In this document: positions 55,541 to 64,000 of the stretch, one piece after another
Numbering within the stretch: the stretch's first letter is position 1
Layout of the letters: each line of letters begins with the position of its first letter
Assembly: GCA_038064195.1 (NCBI GenBank)
Contig: JBBTTO010000002.1
Coordinates: forward strand, 402,387-466,386
Source of the DNA: Patescibacteria group bacterium
GTDB lineage: Bacteria; Patescibacteriota; Microgenomatia; Levybacterales; UBA12049
Direction of reading: 5' to 3'
Length of the DNA stretch: 64,000 nt
Made by a program: the position numbers and the translations under genes
The notes under the pieces: generated by a model
Told to the model about the DNA's origin: nothing
The model's database searches: none
What the model saw: the letters and a program-made list of their open reading frames with translations, nothing else

Positions 55541-57203
55541 CTTCATTACGCTGCATAAAAGATTGGTTTTTGCATGTGTTGTTTTTTTGGCAATTTTTCT
55601 TCGTTTTTATCAACTAGGAGTCAACCCTCCATCGCTTGACTGGGATGAGACTAGTATTGGCTACAATGCATACTCGATTTTACATACAGGCAAGGACGAG
55701 TATGGGAATAGACTTCCTTTAAGTTTTCGCTCATTTGATGATTACAAGCCGCCTATTCTTATCTATTTGACAGTACCGAGTGTGGCGATTTTTGGCTTGA
55801 CAGAGCTTGCAGTCCGTCTGCCGGCTGCAGTTTTTGGCGTCATTGGCGTGATTGCAGTTTATTTCCTGGTTAAAGAATTGTTACAAAGCAAATCCGGAAA
55901 AAAAACTATTACTCCGGAAGTGCAGCAATCCATAGCCTTTTTAGCTATGATTTTTCTGGCAATATCGCCCTGGCACCTTCAGTTCTCTCGGGCGGCTTTT
56001 GAAGGCAACATCGGACTCACATTTTTGCTTCTTGCACTTATTTTCTTTTTTAAAGCGTGGCAGAAGGCATATTACTATTTTCTTTTTTCTCTTTTCTTCA
56101 TTTTGAGTATGTATTCATATCATAGTTTTCGCTTGCTTGACCCTCTGGTATTACTTATATTGATTGTTTTTTTCACAAAGCAGCTTTTACAACAAAAAAA
56201 GATCTTTATATTTTCTTTTATTTTGATAGTTCTATCCACAATTCCGATTTATACTAGCGTTTTTGCGTCTCAGGGTACGGGGGCGAGGCTTTCAATGGTG
56301 ACGGTTTTTTCTGATCCGCGTCTCCAGCAAATTTCAGCCGAGCAGGTCTTACTGGCCAAAAAGCAGCACAACATCCTTAATCAACTGCTTTATGATCGAC
56401 GGATTATCTTTATTCCAAGTATTGTTAAAGGCTATTTCGATCATTTTAATTTCGATTTTCTCTTTGTTCATGGTGATGGGGGAGTCCAACACCATGCATA
56501 TCAAATGGGCATGCTTTATCTCTGGGATTCCCCCTTTGTTATTGCAGGTATTATTTTTTTACTGCGACATAGAACAAAACGTATTCTTTTATTGTTCCTT
56601 ATTTTTATTCTGGCGCCTCTTCCATCTGCAATTACGACAGGTACCCCGCATCCAGTGCGGGCAATCGCAATGATGCCGGCCTTTCAGATTTTTGCAGCAA
56701 CTGGTATCGTTTGGCTAGCAGTATTTTTACAAAAAAAGAAGAAGTTCAACCTCATTGCGATCTCTGTGGTTGTTCTGCTATTTGCCATAAATTTTGTTTA
56801 TTATTTGAATAGCTATTTTGTTTTGACACCGATTCACTACGGTTATTTCTGGCAGTTTGGCAATAAAGAGGCAGTGCTTTATGCCAAAGCCCACGAGAGT
56901 GAGTATGAGCAAATTATTATGACGTATACCTATGATCAACCCTATATTTATTATCTTTTTTATCATAAAATCGATCCTGTTTGGTATCAAAAGAACTGGA
57001 ATTATAGTGAGAACGGGGAAGTCCAACGTTTTTATCGTAAGATCGGGAAGTATGAATTCATGAATATCACACCTAAGGACTTTTCGCGCAAGAAGACATT
57101 ATTGATCGGTACGCCTTCAGAGATACCAGACAATGTGGGTGAGATCAAAGAGGTGATTCACTTTCCGGACGGGAGAGTTGCCTACAAAATTGTAGCTTTA
57201 TGA
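55533..57203 (+). CDS. GT39/PMT_2-like membrane glycosyltransferase (paralog of 53882-55540)
   Basis: LDWDETSIGYNAYSILHTGKDEYGNRLPLSFRSFDDYKPP, the same loop motif. Confidence 0.6.
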   Translation: MTDFITLHKRLVFACVVFLAIFLRFYQLGVNPPSLDWDETSIGYNAYSILHTGKDEYGNRLPLSFRSFDDYKPPILIYLTVPSVAIFGLTELAVRLPAAVFGVIGVIAVYFLVKELLQSKSGKKTITPEVQQSIAFLAMIFLAISPWHLQFSRAAFEGNIGLTFLLLALIFFFKAWQKAYYYFLFSLFFILSMYSYHSFRLLDPLVLLILIVFFTKQLLQQKKIFIFSFILIVLSTIPIYTSVFASQGTGARLSMVTVFSDPRLQQISAEQVLLAKKQHNILNQLLYDRRIIFIPSIVKGYFDHFNFDFLFVHGDGGVQHHAYQMGMLYLWDSPFVIAGIIFLLRHRTKRILLLFLIFILAPLPSAITTGTPHPVRAIAMMPAFQIFAATGIVWLAVFLQKKKKFNLIAISVVVLLFAINFVYYLNSYFVLTPIHYGYFWQFGNKEAVLYAKAHESEYEQIIMTYTYDQPYIYYLFYHKIDPVWYQKNWNYSENGEVQRFYRKIGKYEFMNITPKDFSRKKTLLIGTPSEIPDNVGEIKEVIHFPDGRVAYKIVAL

Positions 57204-58864
57204 TAAAAAAAATCTATCCCGGTTTATTGCTTATTGTTTATTGTTTACTGACCTCCTTGCCTGTCATCCTGCCTTATTTTCACCCGGGCTATTTCCCCAC
57301 ACATGACGGTGAATGGGCTGTAATACGATTAGGTGATATGTTCAGGAGTTTACGTGATCACCAATTTCCTGTGCGTTTCAGTGGCAACCTTAACTTTGGC
57401 TATGGCTATCCGCTATTTAACTTCACCTATCCTGCCCCTTATTACATCGGAGTTCTTTTTCATTTCCTCAAATTCGGCTTTGTCGATACGATTAAAATAC
57501 TCTTTGCCCTGAGCGTTGTCCTCTCCGCGATCGGGATGTTTTTGTTATCAGCCAGGCTTTGGGGTCATAAGATGGCAGGCTTCATTAGCGCATTTTTATA
57601 TGTTTATTTTCCCTACCGCATAGTGGATCTGTATGCACGGGGGTCAATTGGTGAATCACTTTCTTTTGCTCTCTTTCCGTTTGTTCTTTTTTTTCTTGAT
57701 AGGATTCTTTCGGGGAATAAGACATATTTATATGTAGCGCTCGGTTCACTGAGTTATGCGTTGCTTATTTTGACGCACAATATTATGGCAGTCCTTTTTA
57801 CCCCTGTTCTTATAGTTTTTATTTTTGGGAGGATGTATTTTGAAAAGTCCAAAAATTTTTTACCTCCTCTTGTTTTTATTACCCTCAGCTTTATCCTGTC
57901 CGCATTTTTTTGGTTACCGGCACTTGTTGAAAAAAACAGTATTCTTCTTTCCCGTATTCCCATAGCTGATAGGAGTATTTACTTTGTCAATCTGTCTCAG
58001 TTGATCATTCCTCGGTGGGGATATGGTCTGCCTGATCATCCGGACGGTTTTTCTTATCAAATCGGCTTGCCGCATATTATTATAGTTCTTACCGTCTTAG
58101 GTCTTTTACTTTATTTTTGGCAAGCCAGGAAAAAAGTTCTGACGAAATATCATTTTCAGTTGTCCGTTCTTTTACTTATTATAGTTGTGGCTTTTGTGTC
58201 TATGATGTTTTCTGTGAGTTCTCTGCTTTGGCAGGCTCCTCTGCTTAAAGAAATTAATTATCCTTGGACACTTCTTGGGCCTCTATGTTTTGTGATCAGT
58301 CTTCTGGCGGGGTTTCTTTGTTTGCAGCATAAGTTCATCAAATACCTCTCAGTTGTTCTCTGTGTTGTAGCTGGTATACTTATTCTGCCCAATGCCAGGC
58401 CGTCTTCGTATTTTGACAAGGGGGATAGTTATTATTTGACCAATGACGCGACGACGACCTCGTCGAGGGAGTTAATGCCTTTATGGGTCAAGACCCAGCC
58501 TTCTCTCCGCGTGGAGCAAAAGGTAGAAGTTATAAAAGGGGAGGGAAGTATCTCAAATAGTTTTGCTGATTCGCGTTTAATTACTTTTGTCGTTGATGCC
58601 AAAGACAAGATAACGCTGCGGATCAATACCATTTATTATCCGGGGTGGACTATACAAGCTAACGGAGTTGCTGTCCCGATTGATTATACGAACAGGCTTG
58701 GAGTTATGGATATCACTGTTCCCGTCGGGCGGCATGAGATTATCGCGAAGTTTGGGGAGACGCCATTGAGACTTACTGCCGATATCCTGTCGCTGGTTGG
58801 AATTATCATTGTCTTGTATCTGATTATAATGGATCGCTTCAAGATCAAATTTTTAAAATCATGA
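57200..58864 (+). CDS. polytopic membrane protein, GT-C/YfhO-related (PTPS-related membrane family-like)
   Basis: FHPGYFPTHDGEWAVIRLGDMFRSLRDHQFPVRFSGNLNFGYGYPLFNFTYPAPYYIG; C-terminal YYPGWTIQANGVAVPIDYTNRLGVMDITVPVGRHEI beta-domain followed by a final TM. Confidence 0.45.
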   Translation: MIKKIYPGLLLIVYCLLTSLPVILPYFHPGYFPTHDGEWAVIRLGDMFRSLRDHQFPVRFSGNLNFGYGYPLFNFTYPAPYYIGVLFHFLKFGFVDTIKILFALSVVLSAIGMFLLSARLWGHKMAGFISAFLYVYFPYRIVDLYARGSIGESLSFALFPFVLFFLDRILSGNKTYLYVALGSLSYALLILTHNIMAVLFTPVLIVFIFGRMYFEKSKNFLPPLVFITLSFILSAFFWLPALVEKNSILLSRIPIADRSIYFVNLSQLIIPRWGYGLPDHPDGFSYQIGLPHIIIVLTVLGLLLYFWQARKKVLTKYHFQLSVLLLIIVVAFVSMMFSVSSLLWQAPLLKEINYPWTLLGPLCFVISLLAGFLCLQHKFIKYLSVVLCVVAGILILPNARPSSYFDKGDSYYLTNDATTTSSRELMPLWVKTQPSLRVEQKVEVIKGEGSISNSFADSRLITFVVDAKDKITLRINTIYYPGWTIQANGVAVPIDYTNRLGVMDITVPVGRHEIIAKFGETPLRLTADILSLVGIIIVLYLIIMDRFKIKFLKS

Positions 58865-60534
58865 ATATAGCTAAAAAGATACTTCCTGTTGTTTCAATCC
58901 TTACTCTTTCCTTATTGGCTATCCAGCCTTTTTTTCATAAGGAGTTTTTCCCGATTCATGATGCCACGCAAGTAGCGCGTGTTTTTGAGATGCACCAGTC
59001 ACTCCAGGGCTTGATGTTTCCTGTTCGCTGGGTGCAGGATTTGGGCTATGGCTATGGCTATCCGATTTTTTCTTTTTATGCCCCTCTTGCGTATTATCTC
59101 GGAGCATTTTTTATGTTTCTCGGTTTTTCCGCTCTCCTTGCAACTAAAATAATGATTGCCCTTGGGGTGGTACTTGCCGGTGTGACTATGTATTTTTTTT
59201 CCAAGGAGCTTTTTGGCGAAAAAGCAGGTGTTCTTTCAGGAGTCCTTTATGTTTTTGCTCCTTATCATGCACTTAATATTTATGTCCGCGGCGCAATAGG
59301 CGAGGTATGGGCGTACGCTTTTATTCCCTTAGCATTCCTCGGCTTTTTGCAAATTGCCAAAAAGCCGACATGGATCTCTATTTCCTTGGCGGTAGGGGGA
59401 CTTGTCGGCATCATTATTTCTCATAACTTAACCGCTTTGATCGTGGCTCCTTTCCTCCTGGTCGAAATTGCTGTTTTATTTTTCCGTTTTCCCGGTAAGG
59501 CTTCCCGTAAGGGTCTATTGCTTGGGTTGATATTGTCTTTTTTAATCAGCAGCTGGTATACATTACCGGCAGTTTTTGAAATGGGGTATACCAATGTTGT
59601 CTCCCAAACCGGCGGAGGTTCTGATTATAAAGATCACTTTGTTTGCCCTTCGCAGTTATGGTCGAGTCAATGGGGATTTGGGGGTTCGACAAGCGGTTGT
59701 CTGGACGGTCTTTCATTTCAGATAGGGAAAATTCATATCTTACTGGCAGCTATCGGATTAAGTAGCGTATTATTTCTTAAACGCAAAAAAGAACGCAGAA
59801 TCGGATTACTCCTCGCGTTGGGAATACTCGTAGCAACTCTTATGGTGTTACCGGTGACCAAACCTCTCTGGGATACTCTCTCTTTTATGAAATATCTGCA
59901 ATTCCCTTGGCGTTTTCTGCAGATTGACCTTTTTTTCATCTCTCTTCTTGGTGGTTTTTCCGTCTTTCTTTTTGCTTTTATTGAGGAGCGTCTAAAAACA
60001 AAATACAGCGGAGTTGTTATCCTGAGTTTGACTATTACTATTCTCGGTATAGCTTTCTTCTACACCAAATTATTTCAGGCCCAGTTTTTCTATGATCCAT
60101 ATCCTGACCAAACAAAAAAATCGACATTGAATTGGGATATTTCCAGGATTTCTGACGAATATCTTCCTGCTACTTTTTCCAGGCCTCATTCCAGGGATGA
60201 AGTTCCGTCGCTGCCTTACCGGCCAACTGAGACTGCCAGTGTTGAGATTCTTGTAGATACACCTGGCCAGCTTATTTTATCTGTTAATGCTGTAGCTGAT
60301 AGTCATCTGATTTTGAATCGGGCATATTTTCCGGTGTGGCATATCACTCTCGATGGCCACCGTGCCTCCTACGCTATCGGGAACGGCTTGTATGATGTCG
60401 TTATTCCTGAGGGCAGTCACAACTTGACTGTAGTTTTTGAGCAAACCCCGCTTGAGCGGGTGAGTAATATTCTGTCACTGGTTGGCATTGTCCTGCTGGT
60501 TCTTGGTATACTATTGAGGAGATTTACTCTATAA
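58861..60534 (+). CDS. paralog of 57200-58864 (same membrane family)
   Basis: FFPIHDATQVARVFEMHQSLQGLMFPVRWVQDLGYGYGYPIFSFYAPLAYYLG; C-terminal AYFPVWHITLDGHRASYAIGNGLYDVVIPEGSHNL followed by a final TM. Confidence 0.45.
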   Translation: MNIAKKILPVVSILTLSLLAIQPFFHKEFFPIHDATQVARVFEMHQSLQGLMFPVRWVQDLGYGYGYPIFSFYAPLAYYLGAFFMFLGFSALLATKIMIALGVVLAGVTMYFFSKELFGEKAGVLSGVLYVFAPYHALNIYVRGAIGEVWAYAFIPLAFLGFLQIAKKPTWISISLAVGGLVGIIISHNLTALIVAPFLLVEIAVLFFRFPGKASRKGLLLGLILSFLISSWYTLPAVFEMGYTNVVSQTGGGSDYKDHFVCPSQLWSSQWGFGGSTSGCLDGLSFQIGKIHILLAAIGLSSVLFLKRKKERRIGLLLALGILVATLMVLPVTKPLWDTLSFMKYLQFPWRFLQIDLFFISLLGGFSVFLFAFIEERLKTKYSGVVILSLTITILGIAFFYTKLFQAQFFYDPYPDQTKKSTLNWDISRISDEYLPATFSRPHSRDEVPSLPYRPTETASVEILVDTPGQLILSVNAVADSHLILNRAYFPVWHITLDGHRASYAIGNGLYDVVIPEGSHNLTVVFEQTPLERVSNILSLVGIVLLVLGILLRRFTL

Positions 60535-60537
60535 CCC

Positions 60538-61257
60538 GTGACGAACGAACTTCCTGAATTATCAGTTTTTTTTCCATTCTGGAATGAAGAAAAAAACATC
60601 GACAAAGTCGTAACGATCGCACTTGCTATTTTGCCGGGTATCGCCAAAAAATACGAAGTGCTGCTTATCGATGACGGCTCACAGGATAATACCCGTGAGA
60701 AGGCTTGGGCTTTAGCTAGAGAGCACAAGTTCGTTAAAGTTATTTCCCACACTCCCAACCGCGGTTATGGTGCCGCACTTCGTTCAGGTTTTGATCACAG
60801 TCAGTATGAGTATGTTGTCTTTACCGATGGAGATCTGCAGTTTGATTTCGCACAAATCAGCAAATTTCTCGAGAAGATCATTGACGCAGATATCGTTATC
60901 GGCTTTCGTAAAAAAAGGCGGGACGAAAAAATATTTAAGCGATTACTCCTTATGAATTTATTGAAGATTTGGGATTTTATTCTTTTTGGATTTTATTTCC
61001 GGGATATCGATTGCGGATTTAAGATGTTTAAGAGATCAGCCCTTGAGCAAATTGCTCCTCTCAGGTCTGAGGGTGCTATGATCACGACTGAGATTCTGGC
61101 TAAAGCGACTAAGAAAAAGTTGAAAATTATTGAGGTAGGGGTTGATCATTTTCCACGACAATTTGGTAAGCAGACAGGAGCGAATCTCTTCGTTATTTTC
61201 CGGGCAGTCCTTGAAAGTCTGACACTTTTCTCAGATATTAAAAGTAAGAGGTTCTGA
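60538..61257 (+). CDS. GT2 polyprenyl-phosphate glycosyltransferase (Dpm1-like)
   Basis: SVFFPFWNEEKNI...LLIDDGSQDNT...FTDGDLQ. Confidence 0.75.
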   Translation: MTNELPELSVFFPFWNEEKNIDKVVTIALAILPGIAKKYEVLLIDDGSQDNTREKAWALAREHKFVKVISHTPNRGYGAALRSGFDHSQYEYVVFTDGDLQFDFAQISKFLEKIIDADIVIGFRKKRRDEKIFKRLLLMNLLKIWDFILFGFYFRDIDCGFKMFKRSALEQIAPLRSEGAMITTEILAKATKKKLKIIEVGVDHFPRQFGKQTGANLFVIFRAVLESLTLFSDIKSKRF

Positions 61258-61259
61258 TT

Positions 61260-62714
61260 ATGCAGGAAATCGATATTGCCACCATCAAACGCCGTTCAAT
61301 TAAAGGAGTCTTTTCTCTCGTCTCGCGTACTTTTTTGATTCAGCTGATCGGACAGATTGTCACTTTTTTACTGACAGTTTATCTCTCACCGGGTGATTAC
61401 GGACTTTTTTTCCTTGTTTCAACGGTTATTACTTTTCTGGCTTATTTTTCAGACATCGGTTTGGCGGCAGCTTTGATTCAAAAGAAAGAGGCACTCACAC
61501 AGGACGATCTGAGGACCACCTTTACTATCCAGCAGATTTTAGTTGTGATAGCAGTTATTCTGGGTCTTTTAGCCACACCGTTTGTAGCTAAGATATACGA
61601 TTTGAACGGTACAGGGGTAGTTTTATACCAGGCATTGGTTTTGGCTTTTTTTATCTCGTCTCTCAAGACTATTCCTTCAATTCTGCTTGAGCGCTCACTG
61701 CAATTTAATAAATTAGTTATTCCGGATATAGTCGAGACCCTGGGATTTAATATTATTGTCCTGGTTCTCGCTATTAAGGGGTTCGGGGTAGCAAGCTTTA
61801 CGTATGGAGTCGTTGCTCGGGGTCTGGCGGGACTGATTGCGGTTTATATAATCTCACCCTGGAGGCCCGCTCTTGGAATTAATAGATCGGTTGCCAAAAA
61901 ACTCCTTTCCTTCGGTGTCCCTTTCCAGATCAACTCGCTTTTAGCATTGGCTAAAGATAATCTATTTTTCCTTTATTTAGGCGCGGTTTTGCCCAAACCT
62001 GCTCTGGGATTTATTGGTGTAGCTCAGAAATGGGCATATATTCCATTAAGGGTTATTATGGATAATCTGATCCGGATTACGTTCCCCTCATTTTCAAGGC
62101 TTGCAGGTAACGCCGAGTATTTAGGCAAAGCTATTGAGAAGACGCTTTTCAGCACAGCTCTTTTTATCTTCCCTTCAATTGTCGGGATGATCATTCTCAT
62201 GCCTCATTTCATGACCATCTTTCCGAAGTATCAGAAGTGGGAACCGGCCGTCATGTCTCTCACCTTTTTTGGTATTAACGCCATTCTTTCCTCTATTTCA
62301 ACTCCGTTGACAAATGCTTTAAATGCTATCGGCAAGATCAAAACCACACTCTATCTGATGATTTTCTGGACGATTGCTACCTGGGTCCTGACTCCGATTG
62401 TGATTATGTCGTATGGCTTTAACGGTGTCGCTATCGCTTCAGCCATCATCTCACTGAGTGTGGTTCTCGTTATTTACCTTGTCAAAAAGCATATCAATTT
62501 TTCCATTATCACCGTTACTCTCTCACCGGCTATCGCGACAGCTATCATGGCTGTTGTTCTTTTAATTATCAGCCCCATTTTAGTCCATAATTTCCCGATG
62601 TTTTTTCTGACTATCTTTATCGGTGCGGTTGTTTATTTAGGTACCGTCTATCTCTTAGCACACGAGCTTATCCGATCTGATGTACAATTAATACTGGAGA
62701 ACCTGCGTAAATAA
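61260..62714 (+). CDS. Wzx-like oligosaccharide flippase (MOP/PST superfamily)
   Basis: 484 aa with about 14 TM helices and a polysaccharide-biosynthesis-protein N-terminal pattern. Confidence 0.7.
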   Translation: MQEIDIATIKRRSIKGVFSLVSRTFLIQLIGQIVTFLLTVYLSPGDYGLFFLVSTVITFLAYFSDIGLAAALIQKKEALTQDDLRTTFTIQQILVVIAVILGLLATPFVAKIYDLNGTGVVLYQALVLAFFISSLKTIPSILLERSLQFNKLVIPDIVETLGFNIIVLVLAIKGFGVASFTYGVVARGLAGLIAVYIISPWRPALGINRSVAKKLLSFGVPFQINSLLALAKDNLFFLYLGAVLPKPALGFIGVAQKWAYIPLRVIMDNLIRITFPSFSRLAGNAEYLGKAIEKTLFSTALFIFPSIVGMIILMPHFMTIFPKYQKWEPAVMSLTFFGINAILSSISTPLTNALNAIGKIKTTLYLMIFWTIATWVLTPIVIMSYGFNGVAIASAIISLSVVLVIYLVKKHINFSIITVTLSPAIATAIMAVVLLIISPILVHNFPMFFLTIFIGAVVYLGTVYLLAHELIRSDVQLILENLRK

Positions 62715-62716
62715 TC

Positions 62717-63637
62717 ATGAAACTCTCAGCTGTTATCTCAACCTACAATAGTGAAAAAGTCCTTAAAGATTGTCTTGAGTCACTCGATTTTGTCGACGAG
62801 ATAGTCGTGGTTGACCATACTTCACAGGATAATACTACTGCGCTGGCTAAAAAATATACCAAACATATTTTTGTTCAGCCAAATGATCCGACTCAAATCG
62901 ATCTCCAGAAGAATTTCGGTTTTGCCAAAGCTAAAGGTGACTGGATACTCTCAATTGATGCGGATGAAAGAGTCTCGCGGGAATTAGCTCAGGAAATTAA
63001 GAAAGCAATTGAAGATACCTCACCTGTTGCCTATAAAATTCCCCGTAAAAATATCATTTTTGGCAAATGGATAGAGCATTCTCTCTGGTGGCCTGACTAC
63101 CAGCTCAGACTTTTTCAAAAAGGAAAGGGTAAGTATGTCCATGTCAAAGTCCACCAGGACCTTCAGATTGACGGGCCGATAGGACAGCTTGAACAGCCTC
63201 TTATACATGAGAATTATCAGACCCTTTCTCAGTATTTGCAAAAAATGGATGTTTATACAGAGAATGAGGCTGAAAGTATGGTCCGCGAAAATGTTCATAT
63301 GTCCTGGATTGACGCGATCCGGCTACCTCTGTCTGACTTTCTTAAGACATTTTTCCTGCAGGCAGGCTATAAAGATGGGTTGCACGGACTTGTCTTAAGT
63401 ACTCTTCAGGCGTTCTATGCGTTTTTAGTCTTTACTAAAGTCTGGCAAAAGCAGGGCTTTCGTGAAGAGGCACAGGAACATATGATTAAGAAATTGCTTG
63501 AGGAATGGATGCGTGCGCAACACGAAATTTCTTACTGGTTTTTCTCATCTCTTATCAAAGACACCCGCAACCCGTTGACGAAGATAAAATATCATCTGCT
63601 TCGTAAGCGCGAAGCGTCTAAGCTTAAAAAAACATGA
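62717..63637 (+). CDS. glycosyltransferase family 2
   Basis: LSAVISTYNSEKVLKDCLESL...VVVDHTSQDNT...SIDADE. Confidence 0.75.
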   Translation: MKLSAVISTYNSEKVLKDCLESLDFVDEIVVVDHTSQDNTTALAKKYTKHIFVQPNDPTQIDLQKNFGFAKAKGDWILSIDADERVSRELAQEIKKAIEDTSPVAYKIPRKNIIFGKWIEHSLWWPDYQLRLFQKGKGKYVHVKVHQDLQIDGPIGQLEQPLIHENYQTLSQYLQKMDVYTENEAESMVRENVHMSWIDAIRLPLSDFLKTFFLQAGYKDGLHGLVLSTLQAFYAFLVFTKVWQKQGFREEAQEHMIKKLLEEWMRAQHEISYWFFSSLIKDTRNPLTKIKYHLLRKREASKLKKT

Positions 63638-64000
63638 AGCACGTCTTTATCTCAATTCTTGACTACAATCAAAAGGAGACTACTCTCACCTGCCTCGCAT
63701 CTATTGAGAAGCTCAATACAAGAGGTTTAAAAGTGAGTGTTATTGTTATTGACAACTATCCTAAGGGCAAATTAGAGATTGATACGTCCATTTACAAAAA
63801 TGTTTCAGTGACACTTAAAAAGACTCCTGACAATCTCGGTTTTTCGGGCGGACATAATGTCGGTATTGCCTACGCCTCGGAGCATAATGCCGATTTTGTT
63901 GTCGTTTTGAATAATGACGTAGTTGTGGATCCTGACTTAATTGTGAATTTAGTTAAGGCAGCAGGCGCATCAGATAAGATCGGAGCTGTTGTTCCCAAGA
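63634..64000 (+). CDS. glycosyltransferase family 2, 5' partial within window (continues past the end)
   Basis: MKHVFISILDYNQKETTLTCLASI...VIVIDNYPKG...VVVLNNDVVV; the ATG overlaps the upstream stop (ATGA). Confidence 0.7.
   Translation, partial: MKHVFISILDYNQKETTLTCLASIEKLNTRGLKVSVIVIDNYPKGKLEIDTSIYKNVSVTLKKTPDNLGFSGGHNVGIAYASEHNADFVVVLNNDVVVDPDLIVNLVKAAGASDKIGAVVPK

Noticed and set aside
1-64000. CRISPR array / cas genes
   Set aside because: No array of regularly spaced identical 25-40-nt repeats was seen. The only tandem repeats are the three short heptamer microsatellites, and there is no Cas-like ORF.

Overview
This 64-kb window looks like a contiguous chromosomal segment of a small, low-GC (about 43 %) bacterial genome. 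Short intergenic spacers, frequent start codons without a Shine-Dalgarno sequence, several NUDIX genes and a large expansion of GT-C/GT39-like membrane glycosyltransferases suggest a CPR/Patescibacteria-like organism, but that is inference only. Recognisable housekeeping genes are cca (5' partial), recJ, aspS, gltX, rarA, gpmI, eno, typA, lon, sodA, a cold-shock protein gene, and two tRNAs: Gln-CUG on the plus strand and Glu-CUC on the minus strand. There is a cell-envelope set (D-Ala-D-Ala carboxypeptidase, LD-carboxypeptidase, class-A beta-lactamase-like hydrolase, GH18, a CAP-domain protein, PAP2-like phosphatase next to DgkA) and a two-component module (GAF histidine kinase, OmpR-type regulator, stand-alone receiver). 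A roughly 17-kb glycosylation locus (46.9-64 kb) holds four GT2 genes, a Wzx-like flippase and eight consecutive polytopic GT-C/YfhO-like membrane proteins. Beyond the protein genes, the most striking feature is a family of at least four paralogous intergenic elements, each about 190-210 nt and all on the plus strand (15.27, 23.10, 29.99, 44.47 kb). They share a 5' A/T-stem hairpin followed by CAAAAGC and show compensatory base changes in two helices, so I interpret them as a structured ncRNA family that I cannot place in a known class. Other points are two high-GC islands (19.9-21.8 kb with a NUDIX hydrolase and a CAP protein; 38.4-44.4 kb with a glutathionylspermidine-synthase-like ATP-grasp amidoligase and hypotheticals) and three promoter-proximal heptanucleotide repeats, including a (GGGGAAA)n G-quadruplex-type tract. 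No CRISPR array, rRNA, integrase, transposase or prophage genes were seen.
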